Positions 8,638 through 18,091 of a stretch of 49,827 nucleotides of DNA are shown here, one piece after another. The stretch covers positions 1-49,827 of the forward strand of contig CAYLJV010000008.1 of the NCBI GenBank assembly GCA_964384105.1, written 5' to 3'. The translations under genes and the position numbers were made by a program. Position 1 is the stretch's first letter; every line of letters starts with the position of its first letter. Source of the DNA: Candidatus Hadarchaeota archaeon (GTDB lineage Archaea; Hadarchaeota; Hadarchaeia; Hadarchaeales; JAGGTB01). Under the pieces are notes generated by a model. That model did no database searches and was not told where the DNA came from. It saw only the letters and a program-made list of their open reading frames with translations.

Positions 8638-9714
8638 TCATCCACTCATTGTGTTTAAGTAGTCCCTGATCTTCCCCATGCTTTCATTCCAACTTGGGAG
8701 CTCCTCAAATCTTTCTCGTGCATTCTCGCTCATATCCCCCAGCTTTTCGGGGTTTTCCTTAATCCACTCTAGACACTCGATAAGAGAATCAATGTCCCCC
8801 GGTCCGATTAGAAAGCCCTGCTTCCCATCGGTTATGAATTCACTCGCTCCACCTTTTTTCGAAGCAATAACCGGCAGCCCATGCCCCAACGCCTCCACAT
8901 AGACTATTCCAAATCCTTCGTAGAAGGAAGGAACTGCCAGAAGGTCGCTACTTCCATACAGATTCGAAAGTCGTTCCTCTGAGACAAAGCCGAGGAGTTT
9001 CACTCTTGAATCCAAAGACTCCTCTCTGATCATTCTCCTTATATGTCGGGAGTAACCTTCATCGGTGCCCATTTTTCCCACTATTTTCAACGAGAAACCC
9101 TCAACCCGAGAAAGCGCCTTAATCAATACGTCGAGGCCCTTATGAGGATGCATATTTCCGACAAAAAGTATCGTAAGATCCTCCTTATCTCCTGGTGAAG
9201 CCACTTTCTTTGGTGAGATATGGTCCTTGCCTGGATAAGCCACGACGCCATCTGCTTCATTCACGAGTGAAATCACGTCATCTCTCGTTGCTCGGCTATT
9301 GAAAACGAATCCATCGAGGGTCCTGAGGTATCTTTCCTCGAAGTACTTGTACATCTCACTCCTTTCTATTTCTCTGGTTGCTAAAAACGACAGGTGATGA
9401 ACTATGGATACAAGAGGATATTCGACCTCGCCTTTTAGTTTCTGATTCAAGTAGAATAGAGAAGAATGGTTTAGTTCATCTTGTAAAAGTACATCTACAT
9501 CTAATCCCCGAAGTCTCTCGTAGAGATTCTCATCAAAATTGTTGGATACATTTCCCAGATAATCTTTCCTTGGTATCGAAACGACTTCGACTTCGTCTCC
9601 CTTTTCCTCAAGATAACTGATCAGCATCCTATCGTAAAGATAGCCGCCTGTAATCTGCCTCAAGTCACCATAAATCAGAAGACCTACTCTCATTCGAACA
9701 CCCAAGATTCTCAA
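8638..9714 (-). CDS. glycosyltransferase family 4
   Basis: TGGYLYDR, FVGN..PHKG, EGFGIVYVEAL (EX7E). Confidence 0.9.
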   Translation of the reverse strand: MRILGVRMRVGLLIYGDLRQITGGYLYDRMLISYLEEKGDEVEVVSIPRKDYLGNVSNNFDENLYERLRGLDVDVLLQDELNHSSLFYLNQKLKGEVEYPLVSIVHHLSFLATREIERSEMYKYFEERYLRTLDGFVFNSRATRDDVISLVNEADGVVAYPGKDHISPKKVASPGDKEDLTILFVGNMHPHKGLDVLIKALSRVEGFSLKIVGKMGTDEGYSRHIRRMIREESLDSRVKLLGFVSEERLSNLYGSSDLLAVPSFYEGFGIVYVEALGHGLPVIASKKGGASEFITDGKQGFLIGPGDIDSLIECLEWIKENPEKLGDMSENARERFEELPSWNESMGKIRDYLNTMSG

Positions 9715-9762
9715 TCAGTTTTCTAATGAAATAAAGAGTTTTAAAGATAGTCAGATATTTTG

Positions 9763-10650
9763 TTAACACCTTTTTACTCCCGCTATATCTATCTGATGTG
9801 CTATGAAGATTAATTCTCCATTAGCTATCTCCCTCTGACGCTCCGAAAGCCATTTTTCGAGAATATTATCAAGCTCTCTTCCCGAAATGGATTGATTTAT
9901 CATTTCTAATATACATCGAAGGAAGTATTTTTCTTCAGGAACATATTTCCCATATCTTGGAAAAACTATCCAATCAGAACTACCTACATCAATTATTTTC
10001 ACATTACTCTCGAATGAGAGTTCGAGAAGTTTACGACCTGTCTGGCTATCTCCCGGACCAGAACTCATCTCTTCATGATATGTTCTAATTATTTCTTCGT
10101 CACCCTCGATTTTTGGTCTGAATATAGTAACACCATCAAAATTAAGAGTTAAGTAAAAAAATCCATCTTCGGCAAGCAAAGAAAGAAGCGGATCTAAGGT
10201 CTCTTCCAAATCTACAAGGTCCATAAAAGAATTTGCTATCAGAAGATTCCACTTACCCTTCTCAGATTTTGTAAAATCGAAAATATCTGCATTTTTCAGT
10301 CTAAGTCTAATTTCAATATCCTCGTCTTCCAAAAAAATGTTCGTAGAATCGAGATAGTTTTGCTCAATACCCCTCTCCTCACACCACCTCCTAAGATAAT
10401 TTTTCGCTTTCGAAATCAAATCACTATCATTTTCTACGAGGGTATATTCCCCTCTCTTCAGTACTCCCCAATCTAGAAGTCTAACAACCATCGTACCTAT
10501 TCCACCACCAGCCTCAATTATTCTAAGATCCGAACTGGGTAAATGACTTTTTAAGGAGTCAAAAACTCTTCTATTCAAAGATCTATCATCGACAATCTTC
10601 TTAGCCTTGAGATAATGAGCAAAGTCAAAGTCTTTCACAAAAATCGCCAA
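9763..10650 (-). CDS. class I SAM-dependent methyltransferase-like protein
   Basis: YLKAKKIVDDRSLN, IIEAGGGIG SAM motif, SSDW. Confidence 0.75.
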   Translation of the reverse strand: MAIFVKDFDFAHYLKAKKIVDDRSLNRRVFDSLKSHLPSSDLRIIEAGGGIGTMVVRLLDWGVLKRGEYTLVENDSDLISKAKNYLRRWCEERGIEQNYLDSTNIFLEDEDIEIRLRLKNADIFDFTKSEKGKWNLLIANSFMDLVDLEETLDPLLSLLAEDGFFYLTLNFDGVTIFRPKIEGDEEIIRTYHEEMSSGPGDSQTGRKLLELSFESNVKIIDVGSSDWIVFPRYGKYVPEEKYFLRCILEMINQSISGRELDNILEKWLSERQREIANGELIFIAHQIDIAGVKRC

Positions 10651-10798
10651 ATGATATTATGTCAAAATAAACTGTTAATTTTTGTTTTTTGTAGAAGGAT
10701 TAATTCCTATTTATTAACAGATACTTGTCTTATTTAATAGAAATTAAAAGTAATTTAGAAATTCTTCTTTTTTTATTAATTAAAACTAGTTAAGAGCA

Positions 10799-10838
10799 GA
10801 ATTATATTCTGAACATAACAAACTACTAATTTTTATTT
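10799..10838 (+). promoter_or_regulatory. operator plus TATA
   Basis: 10799-10821 GAAT TAT ATTC T GAAC ATA ACAA, 8-bp spacer, TTTTTATT. Confidence 0.6.
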
Positions 10839-10870
10839 TCAAACTTCAATTTTTAATCAACTGCCTAGGA

Positions 10871-11059
10871 GTGGCAGATAAATTAAATATATCCAGAATG
10901 AGGGGGGTGATTAAACTGGTTAAGTGTGGAATTTGTGGAAAAGAAGTAGATGAGCAACCGAAGATAACATCAGATGGTAAATGTTCTATTTGTGGAAAGA
11001 ACTTGATGCCTTGTGAGGTAGTAGCAAAGGAAGTTAAGAAATATTATACAGGCTTCTAG
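10871..11059 (+). CDS. small zinc-finger protein; true start probably CTG 10916
   Basis: CGICG and CSICG; GGGGGTGA RBS precedes codon 10916. Confidence 0.65.
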   Translation: MADKLNISRMRGVIKLVKCGICGKEVDEQPKITSDGKCSICGKNLMPCEVVAKEVKKYYTGF

Positions 11060-11403
11060 GAAATTCATTTACCTACGTTAGAGATCTAGAAGTTGATTGA
11101 GCAAAAATAATTTTGAAAGTAAAGTTACATTCTCAGTAAATCTCAAAAATTTTTCTTCTTTTTTCTTTCTTTTGTCTCTAAATCATCTAAGACTTGTAAT
11201 AGGACCTATTCCGTTTTCTCTTCTTCCCGTATCTGCCTAATTTTTTTCATTCTCCAGTATTCGATTCAAGTAACTCAGAACTCCTAATTCTTCCCTTACT
11301 TTTCGTTTCATGCGAAAAGCACCACCAGATTTCTTAATTCTAATCCAAACCATAATTTGTGAATAAACTAAAGGATAAATAGTAGTAATCTTCATTGAAA
11401 AGA

Positions 11404-12204
11404 TCATAGTCTCTTGATGAAATCCTTCAGCACTCGGTTAAATCTGGAAAATTCCTCAATGAATGGACAATGTCCACTATTCTCAAAACGGATCAATTCA
11501 GAGTTTGGCATATGTTCAGCAGCATATTCGACTCCATCGGGAGGAACAAATTTTTCGTCTTCACCTAAACATACTAAGGTGGGTACATCCACTTTCAGTA
11601 ATATCTCTCGGTAGTCCCGAATTGTTTGATCAAATAATATTGCACTTTTTATAGAAGGTGGCACTCGAGAGATTTCATCGAACATCATGGATTTAATTTC
11701 TTCAGATGGTGGCTCTTTTAACATATGTTCAATTAATGAGTCTGCTAACTTGTCTGGGTCGGTTTGTATGAGTTCCATAGTGTCTATAAGTTCTTGAAGA
11801 TTGAATAACCCGTGGTTGTAGTCAGACCATTTATAATCGGAAGGGTGCTGATCCACATCGACAAACCCTTTTAGTTTGTCTGTTCCGAATTGGCTAATGT
11901 AATCCCAGCCGACCAAAGCGCCCATCGACCAGCCAACCAGTACAAAATCTTCAATTGAAAGATGCTTTAAGAATGTATTTAGGTCAGCGGCATATTGGGG
12001 CACAGTGTGACCAGTTTCTGTTTTCTCTGATCGTCCATGTCCCCTAAAATCAATAGCAATTATTCGAAAGTCATCTTTAAGTTCTGAGATTTGTTTAGTG
12101 AAGAACCGACTTCCCATTAAAACTCCATGGAGAAAAACTATTGGGGTCCCATCACCTTCATCCTCATAGTAAAGCCTCGCGCCGTTACAGCTAATATTTG
12201 ACAT
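11404..12204 (-). CDS. alpha/beta hydrolase (non-heme chloroperoxidase-like)
   Basis: FLHG, DFRGHGRS, GWSMG nucleophile elbow, SGH. Confidence 0.9.
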   Translation of the reverse strand: MSNISCNGARLYYEDEGDGTPIVFLHGVLMGSRFFTKQISELKDDFRIIAIDFRGHGRSEKTETGHTVPQYAADLNTFLKHLSIEDFVLVGWSMGALVGWDYISQFGTDKLKGFVDVDQHPSDYKWSDYNHGLFNLQELIDTMELIQTDPDKLADSLIEHMLKEPPSEEIKSMMFDEISRVPPSIKSAILFDQTIRDYREILLKVDVPTLVCLGEDEKFVPPDGVEYAAEHMPNSELIRFENSGHCPFIEEFSRFNRVLKDFIKRL

Positions 12205-12440
12205 ATGTTAACTTGCTCAGTATTGAAAAATAAATCTTTTTAAATAATATTTAGTGTTTGAAAGTTTTTTCAGAATAAATTGTCCGAGCCATTATAAGTG
12301 AAAGAAGAATAGCTTTGATAATCTCTATAGATCTAACATTTAATCTATTTCGACTTGAATATAGAATACTTTAGTCTTATTTCCAATTATTCAGAAGGTC
12401 AATTCTAGTTTTGTAAGAAAATAACATATTTTAATGGGTA

Positions 12441-12560
12441 TGGTGCGGGGGCGGGGACTCGAACCCCGGAAGGACTTATCCACTAGGTCCTAAGCTTGGC
12501 CTTTTCCCAACCATCCGATTGAGGAAAATCTAGCCCCTTTGACCACTTGGGTACCCCCGC
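12441..12560 (-). tRNA. tRNA-Leu(TAG) with 34-nt intron at position 30/31 (12496-12529)
   Basis: GCGGGGG/CCCCCGC acceptor plus ACCA, long variable arm, TTCGAGT T-loop; removing the intron restores CTAGG-CTTAGGA-CCTAG; BHB GGCT-AG^A / GGCC-AA^G. Confidence 0.92.
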
Positions 12561-12606
12561 AAATCTTGATACTAATCTGGTATACTAACGTAAAACTGTC
12601 ACTCCA

Positions 12607-12801
12607 TTAACCTCTAAACGCGCGGTCTCTTCTGGCCATCTTCTCATATCTAGACTTCTTCTTTGCCTTTTTCTTACAATTTTTACAGTACCACTCACCT
12701 GACAGTTTCTTGGCACAGGTTCTGTGAACATCACTCCCACAAATAGAACAAGTAACAACTGCATCTTCCAATTCCTTCCCGCAAACCGAACATTCAACCA
12801 A
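12607..12801 (-). CDS. small Cys-rich zinc-finger protein
   Basis: CxxC, CxxC, HxxC, CxxC; GAGGTG RBS. Confidence 0.75.
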   Translation of the reverse strand: MVECSVCGKELEDAVVTCSICGSDVHRTCAKKLSGEWYCKNCKKKAKKKSRYEKMARRDRAFRG

Positions 12802-12972
12802 CTAATCCACCTCACTAGAATCTTTTATCAATGACATTTTTAAATAAAATTCCTAGCCTATAATTATTAGGTAACTATTAAAAAAGATTGAATAAAGTAA
12901 AAAGAAGTCTAAGTAAGAAATAGACTATACCAATAGTAAAAATCAATAGAAAAATAACAGAAGGTTGCCGAT

Positions 12973-13596
12973 ATGGAATATCTTGAGTTCTTTGCAAAAG
13001 CCTTTGTGACCATTTTTATCATCGTGGACCCACCCGGCAACATTCCCCTGTTCATCTCCCTAACCGATACTGCATCCGACGAGGAAAGAAACGTTATTTC
13101 AAAAAAGGCTACTATAATAGGAGTTGTTCTGCTACTAATTGTAGCGGTTACAGGTACTTTCATACTCGATATCTTTAGAATTACTATAGACGGTCTGAGG
13201 ATAGCTGGTGGCATCCTTCTTTTCATAGTCGCAGCCGACATACTCATGGGGGACAGAAGGAAAAGAAAATACATCGAGGCGAAGGATGGAACCACCGATA
13301 CGGACGCCTTAGCCACATTCCCAATAGCACTACCGCTCTATACCGGACCGGGCGCCATCACCGCAGCTATAGTCCTGTATTCGACAGCCGAAACAATACT
13401 GCTAAAAGCCCTAGTTCTCGTAGCCATAGTCCTTACCTACATCATTGTGAGAATAACTCATATGTACAGGAATCAAATCTTGAGAGCTCTCGGTAGAAGT
13501 GGATCGAATATTTTTGCAAGATTGATGACAATATTCATCGCAGCTATAGCAGTAGAGTATTTCTTTACGGGGCTTCTGAACAAAATACCGCTTTAA
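12973..13596 (+). CDS. MarC family membrane protein
   Basis: IVDPPGNIPLF, RIAGGILLF, FPIALPLYTGPGAI. Confidence 0.92.
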   Translation: MEYLEFFAKAFVTIFIIVDPPGNIPLFISLTDTASDEERNVISKKATIIGVVLLLIVAVTGTFILDIFRITIDGLRIAGGILLFIVAADILMGDRRKRKYIEAKDGTTDTDALATFPIALPLYTGPGAITAAIVLYSTAETILLKALVLVAIVLTYIIVRITHMYRNQILRALGRSGSNIFARLMTIFIAAIAVEYFFTGLLNKIPL

Positions 13597-13750
13597 ACCA
13601 TCGATAAGGTACTGGTCATTAACTGATTCATATTAAAGGAATATCGGATGGATAGAGAATCTTAGCCATACCGATATGATAATTAATCTCTCCGATTGAG
13701 ATTTAACAACAAAATTCTAAATAAAAAAATAAAAGCAACTTTGATAAATT

Positions 13751-13954
13751 CTAGAGTTCCTCATCTTTCTCGTCTTCAAACTCTGCGAGTTCTTCTTCAA
13801 GCTCTTCTATCTCCGACTCTAGTTCTTCGACTTTGTTTACACTTTCAATTAGCCTCTTAACGAGATTGTCCATAGGTTCATCTTCCTCTCGAATATCCAT
13901 TAGTGCATTGTAGATTCCTTCGCTCAACTCCAAAGTCTTACGTTCATCCGACAT
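13751..13954 (-). CDS. small acidic RHH/antitoxin-like protein
   Basis: RKTLELSEGIYNAL..EPMDNLVKRL; GGAGG RBS before ATG 13954. Confidence 0.55.
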   Translation of the reverse strand: MSDERKTLELSEGIYNALMDIREEDEPMDNLVKRLIESVNKVEELESEIEELEEELAEFEDEKDEEL

Positions 13955-14172
13955 AGTATCCTCCTTACTTTTAATCTGAGAGGACAGCATTGCTGGCCCT
14001 CTCGACTTTTTGCTGTCACTGGGTGTATTTAAGTATATAATGATTATCTTTCTGAACCCAATAAAGATTTGAAAGACAGGGGGAAAATTTTGAATAGAAC
14101 TGCTTTAACAATAAACAAAGAAATCAGACAAATTTTTAGGAAATGAGTTTTAATATAGGGTGGTGATTTTGT

Positions 14173-14376
14173 ATGGTAGATAAAATCCCAGAATATGAAG
14201 ATTACTGTAACGAATGCGAAAGCAAAACAAGAATGAAATTCGTAAAGCGAGAAGACGAATACCTTATTTACGAATGCTCGTTATGTAGTCATAAAGAAGA
14301 GCTTTCCGAGGCCGAAATGGAGGAAAAACTCTCTGAAGAGGACTGGGAAGAGTGGAAAGACGAATGGGAAGAATAA
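14173..14376 (+). CDS. small zinc-ribbon protein with acidic tail
   Basis: CNEC and CSLC; GGTGA RBS. Confidence 0.65.
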   Translation: MVDKIPEYEDYCNECESKTRMKFVKREDEYLIYECSLCSHKEELSEAEMEEKLSEEDWEEWKDEWEE

Positions 14377-14542
14377 CTTCAAAAAAATAGAACACTTAAA
14401 AACAGCTCATGAGGCTTTAAATGAACAAAATGAGCTGAAAAAAACATAAAAATTCGTTCTCTTAAATTTTACGCTCAAAATAGGATAATATCTCAATCCT
14501 TTTACTCTTGAATGTACATAGTTAACTCAGATGATCTAGGAG

Positions 14543-14902
14543 TTGTATATTTTGGAACTAATAATCCCTCCATCTCAAGTGAAACGCTATAGGAAAAAGA
14601 AAGGCCTAAGCATCGAAGAATTAGCCAGAGAAATAGGCTGGACACCAGCTTATATAGAAAATCTAGAATCCGGTAATGTCAATCCACCATTTTCTCGTTT
14701 AATGAAAATAACTAAAGCCTTGAGAGAAGATCTTCCCTATAAATGGAAATTTGAAGAAAATCTCGAATTCGTAAGAAAAGTATATTACAAATGGACGTGC
14801 CCTCAATGTGGAAATCAAGTAGAGGGGGAAACAGAAGAAGATGCAAAGGATAGAGCAAAAAAACACGTTTTCTTACAACATGAAGGGGATTTAAACCTCT
14901 AA
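14543..14902 (+). CDS. XRE-family HTH protein with C-terminal C2H2-like finger
   Basis: RKKKGLSIEELA..IENLESG; CPQC...HVFLQH. Confidence 0.8.
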   Translation: MYILELIIPPSQVKRYRKKKGLSIEELAREIGWTPAYIENLESGNVNPPFSRLMKITKALREDLPYKWKFEENLEFVRKVYYKWTCPQCGNQVEGETEEDAKDRAKKHVFLQHEGDLNL

Positions 14903-15086
14903 AATTTTAGGAACCCTCATTTAATGAGAAGTTTATAATGTAAATTCCATTCAATATTTGGGTTCTAAAAAAGGTAAGTAGAGATTCCAATTTTCTTCTT
15001 CGGTCTGGATAGTGATATCAATAACAAAAAATAAAGGTACAGAAATTGCAAACAAACCAACTCAAATCACTGAAATACACGTGCGA

Positions 15087-15680
15087 TCAATAAAACTTCT
15101 CTTCGATTATATTATTAGAAGTATCCAGATACAACCACCAAGAAAGAGCAAAAGTAACCGCTATTGTAGTAGCGCCACCTACAAACCACATCCTCCCAAA
15201 TAAGGCAAAGAAATTATTCGAAAAATGAAGAAGTACCGCAAGAAAATAAAAAGCAGCAGATTTCTTCTTAGCTATCCCGTATGCAGCGATTGATGTTAAC
15301 GCAGCGTGAAAGAATATCCCTGGCAACCTTATCATAACTGGAGCCCCATAGGAAAAAACATAGATAAAGAACTCAACGATTCCAAATCCCAATCCAATAA
15401 GAAAACCAAAAATAAATATAGACCGCTCGGTCTCGCCGTGTCGGTAGAAAAGAGGGTAAGCTTTTGCGAACTCTTCTATTAAAGGAGCTGATATCGCTAT
15501 AGAGAAAAAAGCCGCATAGAACGCGGGTAGTGATGATGATAAAATATTAGAAAATCTTTCAGCAAATATCGTAAGTGGAACACTCAAAACTATTCCGGAA
15601 ATAAAGAAAAAGAACTTTTCTTTCAAATCTGGTTCGTGAACTTTGATAGTTATTCTTTTCCTTACCAAAAATCTACCCAT
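15087..15680 (-). CDS. PrsW family intramembrane metalloprotease
   Basis: APLIEEFAK, GLGFGIVE, FFH and LLHFSNN motifs. Confidence 0.85.
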   Translation of the reverse strand: MGRFLVRKRITIKVHEPDLKEKFFFFISGIVLSVPLTIFAERFSNILSSSLPAFYAAFFSIAISAPLIEEFAKAYPLFYRHGETERSIFIFGFLIGLGFGIVEFFIYVFSYGAPVMIRLPGIFFHAALTSIAAYGIAKKKSAAFYFLAVLLHFSNNFFALFGRMWFVGGATTIAVTFALSWWLYLDTSNNIIEEKFY

Positions 15681-15795
15681 ATTATTAATCTTGAATATGC
15701 TTTATAACTGCCGATATCATTAAAGATTTGAAAATAGAATTGTAGTTGATAAAAATTAATAGTCATTGCCAAAATAGAACATTCCCAATAAGAAT

Positions 15796-15957
15796 ATGGC
15801 TAAAATGAAAATCTGTAAAAAATGTGGAAAAAAGACCGAGTACCTGACCGATGGACTCTGTGATGACTGCTACATAGAAGAAAACGAAGGGCCGTGTGAT
15901 TGTTTTACAAGACTAGAATGGTTTGGAAAAGAAGAAGATGACAGATGGAAAAAATAA
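15796..15957 (+). CDS. 53-aa Cys-rich microprotein (not in ORF track)
   Basis: translated by hand: MAKMKICKKCGKKTEYLTDGLCDDCYIEENEGPCDCF...WKK*. Confidence 0.65.
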   Translation: MAKMKICKKCGKKTEYLTDGLCDDCYIEENEGPCDCFTRLEWFGKEEDDRWKK

Positions 15958-16226
15958 TCAATAAATCAATGATATTTAAATTATAGAAAAAGAAGGGGGA
16001 TCGACCGGCCTTTCATACCTCGGATGGTAATTAGAAGAGGATATAGATTGCATTGGTAGAAATGGAATTTCCAAACCTTCTTCAATTTTGATATCTGCTC
16101 GGACATCTAAATAAGGAAGTCACTGTAATTCACCAAAATATTCGTAAATTCAGGAATCGGAAAATACTATTGCTTTTACTTAAACTTCGATCTAATCCTT
16201 ACATCCAATTTTTGTGTCCATGGACA

Positions 16227-16267
16227 GAACTACGTTCTGAACAGAAGGTAGTATTCCTTTTTATATT
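16227..16267 (+). promoter_or_regulatory. operator plus TATA of the orphan TasA-vWA gene
   Basis: 16227-16249 GAAC TAC GTTC T GAAC AGA AGGT, spacer AGTATTCC (cf. AGTATTTC at 902), TTTTTATATT. Confidence 0.7.
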
Positions 16268-16377
16268 GACTTAATCATACGTTTTTTAGATTTGAGGGGG
16301 GGTAAAAATAGATTTCAATGAAGTAGGAAATATGAGTTTTCTACTTCTTTAGTGAATAAACTTACACATTTCTCGTT

Positions 16378-16425
16378 GCCGTTGAAGGGAGAGGCGGCCT
16401 GAAAATATCCAAATTTAGGGAGGTG
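16378..16425 (+). promoter_or_regulatory. conserved 5'-leader hairpins, copy 3
   Basis: GCCGTT-GAAGGGAGA-GGCGGC (G-U pairs), then TCC/GGA over the RBS GGAGGTG. Confidence 0.6.
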
Positions 16426-16435
16426 AAAATAAAAA

Positions 16436-18040
16436 TTGAATTCAAAATTTCTAGGAAGTTTACTAGTTATAGGTATCGCAATTATGGCCGCGGGAGCAGG
16501 CACTATTGCCTACTTCCACGACACAGAAACAAGTAAAGGAAATACATTCACAGCTGGTGAGCTAGACCTTCACATAGATTGGACAGAATACTACAACGGC
16601 GAGTTAATAGAGGAAAGAGCGCTCGGGGACCTAGATGGAGAACCGATCTTCATGCTGGAGGACATTAAACCAGGAGATAATGGTGAAGCTACGATAAGCA
16701 TTCACGTTGCCAATAATCCGGCATTGCTCTGGATAACTTTAGAAAATATAGTTGACAACGAGAACGGAATGAACGAACCCGAGATGGAAGTAGACGATGA
16801 CAATACTGGTGATTTATCAGAACATATGATGTTCACGATCTGGATCGATGATGGAAACAATATCTTGGACCCGGGAGAAACCATCATATGTGAAGACACG
16901 CTAGCCGACGTCGGTACCATTGGCCCAGCATACATAGAAAACTGCTGTGTATACTATCTAGGAGTACACTGGTGGGTTCCTTGGGATACAGGAAACGTAA
17001 TACAGAGTGACAGTCTCTCCGCAGACATATCGTTCTATGCAGAACAAGCACGTCACAATCCAGCAATGGAAGACGCATATTTCCCACCATGCCCAAGTGA
17101 CAATATGCCAGTAGAATGCCCCGACTGCCCATACGGCGACAACTATCTAGAGTCTGATAACATTAGCGTCCTTAGCATGGAAACTTCCGGTTTTCCAAGT
17201 ATCTCGGCCTTCGTTAGAGTAAACACATCGGCTGGAATAGCAGGCGACCTTGTTGACGACTTCGAATTATGTGAACAAGGTAAACAACCACTCGATCTCA
17301 ACGTCTCTTTCACATCAGGGACCTCTGCCGATATCGTGTTCGTCTTTGATGACACCGGCAGCATGTACGAAGAAATCGATGGAATGAAAACTGCAATCTC
17401 CAGCTTCGTTGACAAAATAGACAACGCGGGAATAGATGCTAGGTACGCACTGATCTCATTCAAAGATACAGTAACTCTAAGACAAGATTTCACAGATAAC
17501 GAGGAAGTAATCCAATCAGCAATAGGCACTTTATCCGCATCCGGCGGCGGTGACTATCGTGAAGACGATTTCGATGCAATAGCAGCAGCTACAAGAGATA
17601 AAGCACCAGACGTCGGTGGGTCATTATCGGCTTACCGAGCAGCTGCACAGCGCGTGATAATCGACATTACCGATGCTCCAGCACAAGTCAGCAACTCTAT
17701 CTCGAGCTATACGATGGGTGATATCGAAAATATGCTTGAGGGATACACTTACATCGCCATATCTCCAGAACTATCCGCTACCTATGCAGACGGCGACAAG
17801 AAGGTCCTAGCTAGCAATATTGGGGCCACATGGTTTGAACTACCAACTACCAGTTCTAGCGAATTCGTTGACACTTTAGTCGATGAAGTAGGAGGCTTGT
17901 TAACAACTACCTACACTCTAACCTACACTACATGCTATCCAGCAGAAGATGGAACCTTGAGGAATATCCTCATAGTTGTCGATGATCCGGACGAAGGGAT
18001 GCTCTACAAAACGGCAAGTTACACAGCTCCCGCTCCTTAA
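16436..18040 (+). CDS. TasA-like subunit with C-terminal von Willebrand A domain
   Basis: GAGTIA|YFHDTETSKGNTFTAGELDL; core closely matches 1085..1798; ADIVFVFDDTGSM MIDAS and DITDA. Confidence 0.88.
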   Translation: MNSKFLGSLLVIGIAIMAAGAGTIAYFHDTETSKGNTFTAGELDLHIDWTEYYNGELIEERALGDLDGEPIFMLEDIKPGDNGEATISIHVANNPALLWITLENIVDNENGMNEPEMEVDDDNTGDLSEHMMFTIWIDDGNNILDPGETIICEDTLADVGTIGPAYIENCCVYYLGVHWWVPWDTGNVIQSDSLSADISFYAEQARHNPAMEDAYFPPCPSDNMPVECPDCPYGDNYLESDNISVLSMETSGFPSISAFVRVNTSAGIAGDLVDDFELCEQGKQPLDLNVSFTSGTSADIVFVFDDTGSMYEEIDGMKTAISSFVDKIDNAGIDARYALISFKDTVTLRQDFTDNEEVIQSAIGTLSASGGGDYREDDFDAIAAATRDKAPDVGGSLSAYRAAAQRVIIDITDAPAQVSNSISSYTMGDIENMLEGYTYIAISPELSATYADGDKKVLASNIGATWFELPTTSSSEFVDTLVDEVGGLLTTTYTLTYTTCYPAEDGTLRNILIVVDDPDEGMLYKTASYTAPAP

Positions 18041-18069
18041 TAGATATGAAGTAGATTAGGAGAGCACAG

Positions 18070-18091
18070 CTTTTTCTTTTTTATTTTTTTT
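18070..18091 (+). terminator. oligo-T terminator
   Basis: long T tract after the stop codon. Confidence 0.55.

Noticed and set aside
12251-12405. TTCAGAA cores near 12270 and 12390
   Set aside because: Flanking half-sites and TATA spacing do not fit the operator pattern
15990-16110. CCGGCCTTTC match to tRNA-Glu and a 41-codon minus-strand ORF
   Set aside because: Only 10 nt and inverted relative to the tRNA, so not an att repeat; the ORF has no support
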